Shown: piece after piece, positions 12,051-23,756 of the stretch
Layout of the letters: each line of letters starts with the position of its first letter
How positions within the stretch are numbered: position 1 is the stretch's first letter
Assembly: GCA_020137815.1 (NCBI GenBank)
Contig: CM035350.1
Span: 1,860,001 to 1,924,000 of the forward strand
Origin: Hormiphora californensis
Lineage: Eukaryota; Animalia; Ctenophora
DNA length: 64,000 bases
Direction of reading: 5' to 3'
Program-made: the position numbers and the translations under genes
Notes under the pieces: model-generated
The model's database searches: none
What the model was told of the DNA's origin: nothing
Seen by the model: the letters and a program-made list of their open reading frames with translations, nothing else

Positions 12051-13460
12051 ATGTTCTTGCTTCCCCTTCTCCTCCTCCTCCTCTCCCCCTCCCTGGCTCG
12101 GGGTTGTGAGGAGTGGGCTAGTACAGAGTGTCTCCCTGAGGAGCGGCTCAACTGCACCACATCTGTCCGGTGTCCCTGTCTCGAGAGGCATGACCCAGAG
12201 AAGGGAGCTCTTCCTGAGTCATCCAGTGCGGAGTTATTATACCAGGGTGGTGTCCTTCTACAGTAGGGAGAGACACTTGTTACTGAGTCTGTACATTAGA
12301 CGTGATGCAACTGCTGCTGATGTTAAATGTGTTGGTAAGTTGTACTTTAGTGCAGGACACAAGCAAATCAGTGGTTAGTGTGTGCCGTGTGGCTATTAGG
12401 TGCTCCACCGATATCTTGATATCTTACTCGGTAGCTTATTTCTGGGTATATTTATCACTATTCCTTTTGATTGGATCGAATGGGGAATCAAATTCTATTG
12501 GTATGGATAAGACATTGCTCATCTATATCAATGATGTAATGTCATATTGATTAATTTATAATTACTGTCATGACTTTATCAAGGTTAAATTGGTTGTTCA
12601 CTCTGCTGCAACTGGTGACCCTTCTAATTAATTGACGGGCTGGTGACATAATTGGTTCTGTAATCAAAATTGCCAAATAGCTCCCGAACTCCGGCACTAT
12701 TTCGGTTAAACATATTTATGCTTTCTGGTCCTACTCTCCCATTCTATTACCTTATCTAACCCTCTCTCATGACGCATCTATCTGAATATTACATTACCCT
12801 CTCTCTCCAGGTGAGGAACGTAACGACGTTACAGAGCAGACATTTGATGGTCTGGGGGATCGAGACTCAAAGGAATGGCGGATCTGGCTGACAGATGACA
12901 CAATCCAGATCCACGACAGGATCCAGGGGAAGGCCCTGACGTGGAATGTCCACAAATTGGGCTGCTACAACATCCTCAAACGGGTGGAGTTTGTGGAGTT
13001 TACCCATCTGAGAGATGCCCAGGTGTGTGTCCCAGAATGGGTGCCCACGGAAGCACCACCCCTGATTGAGATAGTTGAGGAGGAGGTTGCCATGGTAACC
13101 ACGGAGGCGTATCTATGGAGCGGTGGAACAGGTGATGATAGGGTACCCTACCTACCAGATGACGAACAGGACCAACAAGATATACGGGATATCCATCTAG
13201 TGACTAACATTCTCATTATTACTGGTGTGGGGTCCATGGTCATTCTCATCTGTATTCTGGGTCTGTGTAAACAGTGCAGGAAATGTTTCATCAGGGTCTG
13301 CTGTATTGATAAGTGTTGCAGGACGAGCTACAATGTGAGTGCAATGGAGAGTAGGTTGGATAGGTCGTTATACAATGTGGAGTCCCTAGCAACGACATCA
13401 CCTATCTCCATGGCAACGGATTCAGATAGAAGTTCCACACTCATTCAGATGATCAAGTGA
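12051..13460 (+). CDS. Uncharacterised type-I membrane protein (signal peptide, Cys-containing ectodomain, TM helix, Cys-rich juxtamembrane tail); apparent 1-nt frameshift near 12200
   Basis: Signal MFLLPLLLLLLSPSLARG. Exon 1 continues in the 12106 frame to a GT near 12336 and splices to 12811, giving GEERNDV..KEWRIWLTDDTIQIH..GCYNILKRVEF. TM ILIITGVGSMVILICILGLC is followed by CKQCRKCFIRVCCIDKCC. Confidence 0.7.
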
Positions 13461-14292
13461 GGTGGGAAGGACTGATCTTAGAAACACTCTGTTTTTATAT
13501 CTGATTAGATCGTGGTGAGCCCTGTTCTCTTGTTCCGAGTAGTAGAGAGACAGTCAAACTCATGAAGAATAGTGTTCAAGATGAGGACAGATACAATAAG
13601 GAGTTCAGTTGAAGAGAAAAAGAGTGAAAGCCACCGAGAAAAGTTGAAAAGAGGAGGAAACCATCATCACTCTGTTTTGAAGGTCCTGTGGACAAACTTT
13701 TGTATTTTGGCAACTCCTGCTGGTTTGAGCCGAGAGAAAGACAGATAACACGCTTAGCTAACCAGTGTTAATAAAACTGAAAATTTGCGAATTACAGAGT
13801 GGTTATCTTCTTCCTGTTTATAAAAAAAACACGAACATACAATAATATCTTCTTGTTTTTGTTTTCCATTCCGCTTGTTTACAGATTATACAGAGACATG
13901 TGTTTATTCTTTTACACAATCTTCAAAAATACCCGATACTGTTCTACAAAATATACTACTCTGCTAAATTTCTGGTGCTCTGTGATATTGGCCACCCGTA
14001 CAGCGCCGCCCAAAACGTTGTCAACAACGTCCAAGACGCACAAAAAAGCATTCAATGTCAGCAGACTGCGTTTTTCGTGGACAATGCTTTGGGCGACGCT
14101 TTATACTGTATACTACACGGACGGCCAATATGAAGGAGCACCACTGTATACCTTGAAAAATTCATTTCTCATTGGCAAACCCTTTAAAACGCAACAAACC
14201 AGCATAAAACACGCAAAAAAAACAAATATATCCCTCAATTCAGCACACTCATTGTTGAGTTCATCGAGAGAGGGGGGAGAGAATTATCTAAG

Positions 14293-16890
14293 TTATCCAG
14301 CCCTAGTCGAGATTTCATCCCCAAAACTTGACTTTGAACCTGACGACAGCAGGCTGGCTCGCTCTTCCTCGTTTTGTACTGCGGGAGGGGGAGGTTAGAT
14401 AAGGGGGCACATTGGTAACTAGATTAGAGAGAGAACAGCACACAGTAAAGGGAAGAGAAAGACACACTTGCTTCAATACAAATGCAGCGTTAGCTTTAAA
14501 AGTTGGGCAGTATCACAAGATGTAGAGATGCGTGTGCCAGGATATCTGTGATCTTGCAGATAGGTGTTTTACAGAAAGGTGTAGCAATAATTGACACATG
14601 CAAAATGAGTGTAGCAATACAATTGACACATGCACAACACGATGGTGGCTTACAAAGGGGCGCATGATCATTACACTCTGCATCACTACTCTGGATGGCA
14701 GGGTTTTTAGGAACACCCTTTACATCTTCAATCGGGTCCTCTGGGCCAACTGGGAGAGAAATGTATGTGTGTTCATGGGTGTATTTTGTAGCAGTGTTCT
14801 TGTTTGTCAGTCAGATTAGTTGTCCTCTCCTCTGGGGGTCCTAATTAAAACTTCAGATTCACCTAATGTATCAACAAGTAATTCGGCCAAACTCTTTGAA
14901 CTGTTAGTACTGCTTCCACACCCCCCGCGAAAGAACGGTTCCACAAAGGCTGCTAAATCAGTTCCCAAAAGGTGGCTAAATGTCTTTGTTTCGAGTTCGT
15001 CACCGTTGAGATATTATGTCAGTACACACAACATTTTAATGTCAGTACACACAAACAATGGATGATGAGATGTGACCCGATGACAGAGGTGTTACCATCA
15101 TGACACCAGCTGTAATACCAGGCCAGGTCAAGTTTCCCAACAAATAGCTGAGTTCAGGTTTCACTTACACTGGGAGTTCTTGTATTTCATGTAAACGTGA
15201 AGGGAGATCCCACTGAGACACACAACTAATCCCACAACGTTAATTGAACTGAGCTTGTCACCTCCAACGGTGGATGCTAGAACCAGGATAGCAATCTCCT
15301 GGAGGAAGAGGAACAGGTTAAAATATACCGTGAGATTATTGAGTAATTTAGTCCTGTTTATTGAATAACCGACTGATATGATTCAGCCTTACTAAGTCCT
15401 ATTTAATAATACTGTTACTTGATAGACTAGCACACAACAACCTACACCCAACAAGACAGAAAATGTAGAACTCTTAACTAGAAATGCAGCTGTGTATGAG
15501 ACAATATTTTACTCCTCTTAGTTTTCTCTCGGACGAGTACATTATAATACACCAGTTCAGTGCTGCAGTATTTACCTTGACAATCCCACAGATGGAGATG
15601 GTGATGGAGGAGGTACTAGAGAGAAGGAGGTACTCAGAGAATGTTAACATCAGGGCCAGGAATGCACCTGCTACCACAACGAATAGAACCCACAAACTCT
15701 GGTGTTTATCGGCCATTATAAAGTCAGTGGATAACACCATCTCACTGCCTGACAGGGGGAGAAGTTGGGTTTGTGATGTGGATTGAAACATAACGAGAAG
15801 CGTCAAGAGGGGCTTGAAGTTTGAGATTGAACTGAGTTATCTGTTATGGGAGCAAAGTGTTTACCTTCCATTCCCAGTGCCAGGGGAAGGATGGATATCG
15901 CCATAACTGGTTCCACATGGTACACAAACTCAAGGGTGTTGGACAGACCCAGACTATCTCTCTGGAGTAGAATCTGAGAGAGCACCCAGCGTAGACCACT
16001 GATAGCTGATGCTGTCATGACGAGGATAAAACCAAACAGGTTGAAGGATGTTGATTGGTAGGTAAAGAGGAAGAGTCCAATTGCTATCAGTATCACCACC
16101 ACTATCGATAACAGTTTCTGGAAGGGGTTAGGAGATAAAATCATTGTGAACTTATCGAGGGGTTACTTGCCTTTGGGGGCTTTGAACGGACTGTAATCAG
16201 ACCAAAACGTGACGTGGTTGGAGGTGAATCAACCACAAAAACATGAAATGGTACTCACAGGTTTCTCTAGTTTGAAGATAATAGCCGCTACCAATATAAA
16301 GATGATGACTGAACTTTTACACATGGTATACATTGAGACTGTAATGTACATGAAACTCCAGTTACTCAGGGCGATATCCAGGGAGGCAGTCAGAGCTGGG
16401 AAGTGGGTGTTTGGTTATTATTGTAACTCCCCTAACTTCAATATTGTAACATTAATATATGATGTTTAACCTAAAATACATTCTTCCAAATCTGGGGCAC
16501 TCTCCCTGACTATACCTGCAGGGCATACTCGTTTAAAGAAGAGGGGCCAGGTTACTGAATCACGCTCCGAGGTGGGCTTGGTGTAGCTCCGGTAAAACCA
16601 GATCACATGACTCACTATTGTCATGTGAAAGAAGGACACCGTCAGGGGAAAGGAGAAATTCTGGAAAATAGAGAAGGGGTTAATAGTGGTTATACATCAA
16701 GCTATGGGAGGATAGAAGAATGTATAAAATATATTTGTCTCTACAGGGAAAATATAGCCCAGTTCCAAAACTGTTGCAGTGGTTCGACACTTACGGAAAA
16801 GCACCATTTGTTGAAAAATGTTATCGAAATGGACCATGTATAGTAGAAGAGAATCTGGGCAAGAATCTTAAGCATGTATCCCCAATCCAT
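14293..16890 (-). CDS. SLC35C2: Solute carrier family 35 member C2 (nucleotide-sugar/TPT-family transporter), about 8 exons
   Basis: Minus-strand exons read [117 protein letters not shown] and GISLHVYMK. The tail exons splice in phase to a stop at 14293-14295. Confidence 0.92.
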
Positions 16891-17091
16891 AGTTCAATAT
16901 TCGTCAAGAGAGGGTGTTTGTCACCTTTCCATGCTTGAAATCATTTTGCTACTGTCCTAATACGAGCATAATTAGGTAAAGAATAGAACTTGGTAACAAT
17001 TGAAAATAAACTCAACTCTGTATGGTAAAAACATATCTGGTCAAATAGTATAAAATAAAATGGTGGCTAAAATTATTGAGTGGTTTTCATA

Positions 17092-17592
17092 TCAGTTAAT
17101 CAGCTGCCCTGAATCAGCAATCTTAACAGTTTTTGACACTTTCCCCGATGATGTTCCACATCCCTCCATCTCTTTGAGGAAATCTAACCCCTCGATGACC
17201 CTACCAAACACGACATGTTTATTGTCCAGCCACGATGTTGTAGCCGTGGTGACAAAGAATTGGGATCCGTTGGTGTTTGGACCAGAGTTAGCCATGCTTA
17301 ATTGACCCATTCCCGTGTGTTTCAAAGTAAAGTTTTCGTCCTCAAACTTTTCACCGTAGATTGATTTTCCTCCAGTGCCATCACCACTTGTGAAGTCACC
17401 TCCCTGACACATAAACGCAGGTATAATACGGTGGAAGTAGGATCCTTTGTACCCGAATCCTTTCTCACCGGTGCACAGAGCCCGAAAGTTTTCCGCCGTT
17501 TTCGGGACCACATCGGCATATAACTCCATCAAGAGCCGACCGAGAGGCTGGTCGTCTAGCTCAATATCAAAATACACGAATGAACTTGGCAT
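17092..17592 (-). CDS. PPIA: Cyclophilin A-type peptidyl-prolyl cis-trans isomerase, intronless
   Basis: [40 protein letters not shown] and [26 protein letters not shown]. Confidence 0.97.
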   Translation of the reverse strand: MPSSFVYFDIELDDQPLGRLLMELYADVVPKTAENFRALCTGEKGFGYKGSYFHRIIPAFMCQGGDFTSGDGTGGKSIYGEKFEDENFTLKHTGMGQLSMANSGPNTNGSQFFVTTATTSWLDNKHVVFGRVIEGLDFLKEMEGCGTSSGKVSKTVKIADSGQLIN

Positions 17593-19785
17593 CCTAGGAA
17601 ATAAGAGTAGATAAACAGTTCCAAGGTGAAAAAACCTCGTTTGTCTTAAAAATAAAAATTCCGGCTAAAAAAGTTCAAAATTTCACTTTCAAAATTTCAC
17701 TTTTTAAATCAAATGCGCGCGGCTTGATAATTGTTATGCGCTGCAGGTCCCCGCCGCGCGCTATTTCGATTTCGAGTCCACTCCAAAATGAAACTTCACA
17801 CCCGCGCAAAAAAGTTTTAAAACAAGTGTTGAAAAGCGCTGCCTTATCCCGCAACGTTTGCCAAAAACAAGTATTGTGTTTTCTGAACGAGTACGGAGCA
17901 CTTATGATCGGAACGCGAACGGCAAACGACCCTAACCTTTCAACTAGCTTTAAGAGTTAATATCGATGCCAAACGATGCAGCAACCTTGACGAAATAGCT
18001 CGTATGCAGCCAGACAGCTGGGTTCTCGAATTATCGTCCATTCTATTTGTCGTCCATTCGAGTTTCTGGCCGTAACCTTACCCTCTAGCTAATATTTTCT
18101 GAATTGCGTACACATTGGTTAACAAATTTTCGAGATCTTGCGTACCATATTCTAGAATTCCCCTATTCTACCGTACAGAGGGCGTGTGTTTTTAGATTTG
18201 GCAGTCCCACTGCCCACTTTTCCGTCATTCTTGAAAAATTTGTATGTCTTTAGATCAGGTTAGTTTGTGGATTAACTGTTTAGTTCGTGAACAAACTGTT
18301 TAGTTTGAGGACTAACTCGAACTCTAAGTATCACTTCATCCAAAGTTCAAATTTATCCACTTGCCTGGTGACTGGTATCGGGCCCGATTTATTGGGATGC
18401 TCGGGGAAAGGTTTTTGGCCGGTAAATCGGGGTGCCCAGTATATCGGGGTCCGACCACCTTCGGGAAGACTAAAATACTTAAATATGGCTCATCGCTCTA
18501 AATGATTCGGCACAGTATGTATAAGTTGAAAGTCCCTAGAGTCTGTCTTGCCAACGTCGATCCTCTTTTCGCGAGTTTCGGATTAGACCATAACAAAGTC
18601 TGTCACGGTCAACCGCACACCAATAGTGTTCTTGACTAGTCACTGTAGCTTTCACCAACTTGACACAACTTGAATAAGGAATTCCGATGTGTTGTTAGTA
18701 CGGAGCCATTTGTTTATCATTTTTAGGCAGTCTACCCACCGGCCACCATCTAGCAATGCTCAAGAAAATAACCAGATCTGATATTGAAATTTGTAGTACC
18801 AAAAAGTCTCTCTTATGCCTGTTAATAAATTCATAAATTCAGTTGAGTATTCTATATCTTCCTTATTTTCAGATCTCAGCCGATCTCCTGATTGTACCAT
18901 TATCCTAAGTTGTCTTCCTTTCCATCCTCCCATTAATAGGATATTAATCGGTGCTTTATTATGGAAGGTTTATTAATATAGTTAGCTCGTTAGGCTGGTG
19001 GGCTGGAGATCATTACGACCATGTCGTGTCTAATAGAAGCGGCATTGTTTAAACGGAGCTGCCCTCATTAAGTGATGCAGCTGAATCATTATATAACTAG
19101 TGATGCACGCCCGGCCTAACAGCCCACCTCGCTCTCATCTCCCCTCTCCCTCTCTAACCACAACTAACGTCAATAATATGCTAACAAACATCAAATAATC
19201 GGTGCGTACGTGAGCAGAGAGAGAGAGAGAGAGAGAGAGAGAGCAATATCATATACATATAGGTTCTCCCCTCTAACGGCCTTTATTCATATTTGATTTG
19301 GAAGGCAGACATTGCAGTACCCATAACGCGTGGTGTATCCGCTGGAATGTCAAACTGCAATTGTCAAATGAACGTCTCAATATAACAATGTTCAGTTGCA
19401 TTTCCTCTGATCTTGCCCCCCCCTCCATCTGGTAGAAATATACGAATTATCTCGTGTGGTAGCTGCACTTGTGGTTATTGTCTAATGAATTAAACAAACT
19501 TAGTAGACGATACAATTAACAAAATATGACTTCATTTCAATTTGACATTGTCGTATGTTATGACTTTAAATCTTTAATTGAATAATCATTTACTCATAAT
19601 TATGGTGTATCTTAATTCTTAAGAAAAATTAATGATATTTTAGTTCAAATTAAATATTTTAAGGTCAGTACTTATATTCTTCAAGCCTTTGTCCTCCAAC
19701 TAAATACACGTGATCCCAAGAAGGTCCCTCTCCCTCTCCACACACTGTACTTTGTTTTCAACTCCTCTCTTATTCAGAATCCAAT

Positions 19786-22049
19786 ATGGCCGCTGCTCAA
19801 CTCGCCCGACTCACCCAGATCCAAAAAGAAACGCTAGCCCGGATTTTCAGACAATTTGATGCCAACAACAATGGATTTATTACTGTTAAGGAGTTCCAGA
19901 ATGCCAGCCGGCGGTTTAATCCTTCCATTTCGTCTTCTGAAGCTGCCAGGATGGCCCATGAGGTGTGAGGAATAGCATTTTATGTGTTTTGAAGCATTTT
20001 GTGAAGCACTTTACCAATAATTGAACACTTATAATAAGAGGGCCCGTAGCATTCTAGATGAATTTGTGACGATGCAATGACTTTCACTCCTTAGATATCC
20101 AACTCGAGAGTGAGAGAAGTCAGGCGGAGAATGTGGAGAGATAGAGAAGTGAGGCCGGTGAGGCAGACAGAGAGAGGCAGACAGAGACAGAGAGAGTGAG
20201 AGAGAGCAAATGAAAGATAAAGAGTATATTGCAGCGTATAAAGCGACAAGTTGGCCGCAAAAACGTCATATGGAATCATTTATTTAAAGAGAATCTCTCT
20301 TTACTTTTCTTCCCTGCTTCCTGGTATGTTTAGAGTCTTGTTTTTCTTCTCTTTAAATTTATAAACGGATATATATTTCATGTACTGTTGATCTGTTCAA
20401 AGCGTGACTAACTGGCCAGGCTTTATATCTGCTGTCTTACTTGATGATCATGAAAACGCTCTAATGGTCAACCAGTCTTCTATAAACGTCATGTAGTTTA
20501 GGTATTGGTATTGAGAGATTTTAGGTTGAGAGAGAACATATTGTTCTACATGCTCTACAACGGGCACGCCTTTAACTACCTATTCTAATTTGTATTCCCT
20601 TCCCTTTCTCTTCTTCTTGCGGAGCACTATAATACTTTGCTTTCATGCTCTCCTGCGTTCATTTCCCTATTGCAGCTGATATTTACTATTATAGCACAAC
20701 TCAGTTTTATTTCTCTCTCCCCCCTCACTCTAACAGCTGCGTGTGTGTTTTTGTAGCTACAGTACCATGTGTTCCTACATGCCAGCCCATGTGCGAGCGA
20801 GCCTGGAGCAGGCGTTCAGAAGGCTCGACCGAAACGGGGACGGCACCATCACGATCCGGGAGTTCAGGATGGCCTGTGCTCAGGTTAACCCCAGTATAAG
20901 CGAGAAGGAGATCAAGAAACTTGTCATAGATGTAAGATATCTTTAGTTTAGCAGCCTGCTGTTGTGCTGAAAACAGCTGATTTGTGTCACCAATCTATTT
21001 TATCTTATTTGTGCCATATCGTCAGCTCTCTCTCCCTCACATCTATAATATATCCCCATTCTCAGATGGATATCGATGGTAACGGTATGATCGATTTGGA
21101 GGAGTTCTGTTTGTGTATGGCCCGGCACATGAATAGGAATGCTAAGAAATCACCCCAACCCCCTCAAGGAGCTGCTACCAGGAGTCAGACCACATCGGGC
21201 CGTAATGGGGGCAGTAAGAAACTATCCAGTAAGCAGCTGAGAGATGCATTCAATTACTTTGATAAGGTTAGTTTAATATGGTCTCATCAACTCTCATTCA
21301 CTCTCATATCATACGTTACCCTGTCATACACAATGCACATCACATGACCTCAATACTTTCATTTTCTCTGTGGAGTATGTCTTATCCACTGATTTCCCAG
21401 ACGTTAATTGCAAAGTTTGGTTAAGAGCCGCAGAATTCTCCCCAATTTTCAAACCATGGTCATGTGACTAATATATGCCGAATCTCTTAAAGAACGCAGC
21501 TGTTTGGTTGGAATTAAGATAGAAAAAGAGAGTATAGAAAGAGAAAACGTTATATTTATCAGAATCAGTTTAAAGTATGAAAATAACCAAGGTGAAATCA
21601 TATGACTTTGGTTTAACATGACTTCATAGTAACTAGCAGTGGTTTCTAGCACGTTGTCTGTGATTTTAAAGCAGCCCAGCTTGGCGTGTTATAGTCACCT
21701 GCTGCTGTAGTCGTGATCGGGGTGTGGTCAGTTAGTGTTTGGTGTGGGTGTAACGACCTGAGTACCATTAAAACAGGGCGTGGCCAGAGAGTGAGAGAGA
21801 GATAGGGAGAGATAGGGGAGGGGAGAGAGAGAGAGAATGTCTGTCTGTCTGTGCTATTAGAAAGGTCTGGAGATGCGGAGGGAAGGTGAGAAAGGTGTGG
21901 TTTTTACTGACCACGTAGCGAGCAGTTATTATACCTTCGGAGCACAGATTTTCATTTTTTCAAACTCATATTCCTTCTTCGTATCTCTTTATAGAATTAT
22001 CTTTCTCTCTCACTTCCTCTATCTCTCTCTCTCTATCTCTCTCTCTCTC

Positions 22050-22082
<33 letters not shown>

Positions 22083-22980
22083 GAGGAGGATAACGAGTAA
22101 AGTGGTGAGCATGCGTCACAAACGAGACGAGAGTCACCGAAGTGATCAATTCCAAGAAGAGAGGAATGGAACAAGATGGTTGTTTCATGGATTAGATAGA
22201 GAGAAACATGGTTTGTTTAGTAAAAACTAACATTTTGTTAGAGTGGAGGTATGACGGTGGTAGATTAGGATCTCCTTTGCAGTAGGTGGTCACGCGGTAA
22301 TACGTGACGTATGTTGTTGTGACGTACCTACAATTAAACTATGAGTTAGACGGATCATCTAGAGTCCGTGTCTCTCATATGTGTGTCTCCTACATAGACT
22401 CCTATACTATAGTATAATGGGCAATTTGCCCAGTTTAGATCCTTTCCTCCATCTCTCTTTTCAATGTTTCATCTTCATATTCATATGTATGTCCTTTGGA
22501 ATCAACGGTTAAACTTCTACAAAAGCGTAGTTAGCCAGAACCTAACATTTTAAGTGGTACGGGATACCTAAATACTAACGATAGATCAGAAGTCAGCCAT
22601 TAACCTGCATGCTAATAATAACTTTGCTTCTTCAGCTTCTCCGTAACAAATCCAGGTTCACAGTCACAACCAAAAACATGTGTTTTTAATCAATCAAAAG
22701 CCCACTTTTTCAATCCAATCTCCTACTTTTTCAATCCAATCTCCTCTCAATTACATTCCCTACTCCTCGTTTACCCCCTCTCCTCCTTCCTAACTCTCTC
22801 CTTCTCCTCCAGGACAGAAGCGGTTCAATCAGCCAAACGGAGCTCCGCCAAGTGATGCAGAGTCTCAACGTTAAATGTACAGAGCCAGAGTTCAAAGCAT
22901 TGGTAGAGAGCATTGATAATGACGGAGATGGAAATATCGATTTTGAGGAATTCTGCAACCTAATTAATTCAATGTTTTGA
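19786..22980 (+). CDS. Calmodulin-like four-EF-hand protein with two alternative first coding exons (19786-19962 or 20767-20931) joined to shared exons 21066-21266 and 22813-22980
   Basis: EF loops DANNNGFITVKE or DRNGDGTITIRE (EF1 alternatives), DIDGNGMIDLEE, DKDRSGSISQTE and DNDGDGNIDFEE. All junctions are phase 0 with GT-AG. A long polar linker separates the two lobes. Confidence 0.85.
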
Positions 22981-23756
22981 ACAGCTTGTGCCATTATAAA
23001 CTGCATATTGTTCCCCGCGTGTCGAGTCACAGAGGACCCCGGATATAAGAAACTATAAGAGCCGCTGAAAGAGACTCACAGTAATCAGAGAGTGAGAGAA
23101 ACTGTTATTGAAATTCTATGTAAATAATGATTATTTATTGTATTTCACTTTGCTTTATTTGTTGAAACTGTACTGTGATAGTTGATGTGTATTTAATTAA
23201 GAAAATATTGTGTTAATTTATGCTGAAATGAAAGAAAAACTGAACCAATGAAATTTCACAATGTTTAGTTTCACGTGTAGTTTGCTAGAATTAGCTGTGT
23301 TTGTTCAGAGTCCTACTTTGCATCTCTAGTTATGCTCATATTCATGGAACGTGATTATGAGCGTGTAATGGGCTCGTTAACTGCCATGGACATTTGGAAT
23401 TGTACTGTATAGAAGTGAGAGGAAGAGAGAATGAGAGAGAACGAGAGAGTGAGAGAGTGAGTGTGTGAGAGAGAGAGAGAGAGAGTAAGAGAGTGAGTGA
23501 GAAAAAGAAAGTGTCGACTGACGTCAAGTTACTATAGCAACCGACGCTGCATCTGCTGAATGTGTATTTCTTGTCCCCAAAGAAATTAGTGACTCGAATT
23601 ATTGGTTTCCACAAATTTCAGAGTTTCAATCTGTGTTAAAACTAAAACATGTGCAACCCCAGGAAACTACTTATACCCCTTCGCAGACCCCCCCCCCCCC
23701 CACACACACACACACCTTTTACATAATGTTACTAATCATCCATCCCAGCAGCTCCT

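Noticed and set aside
13799-14398. 199-aa plus-strand ORF
   Set aside because: It has a non-ATG start, no domain, and lies antisense to the SLC35C2 last exon and 3' UTR.
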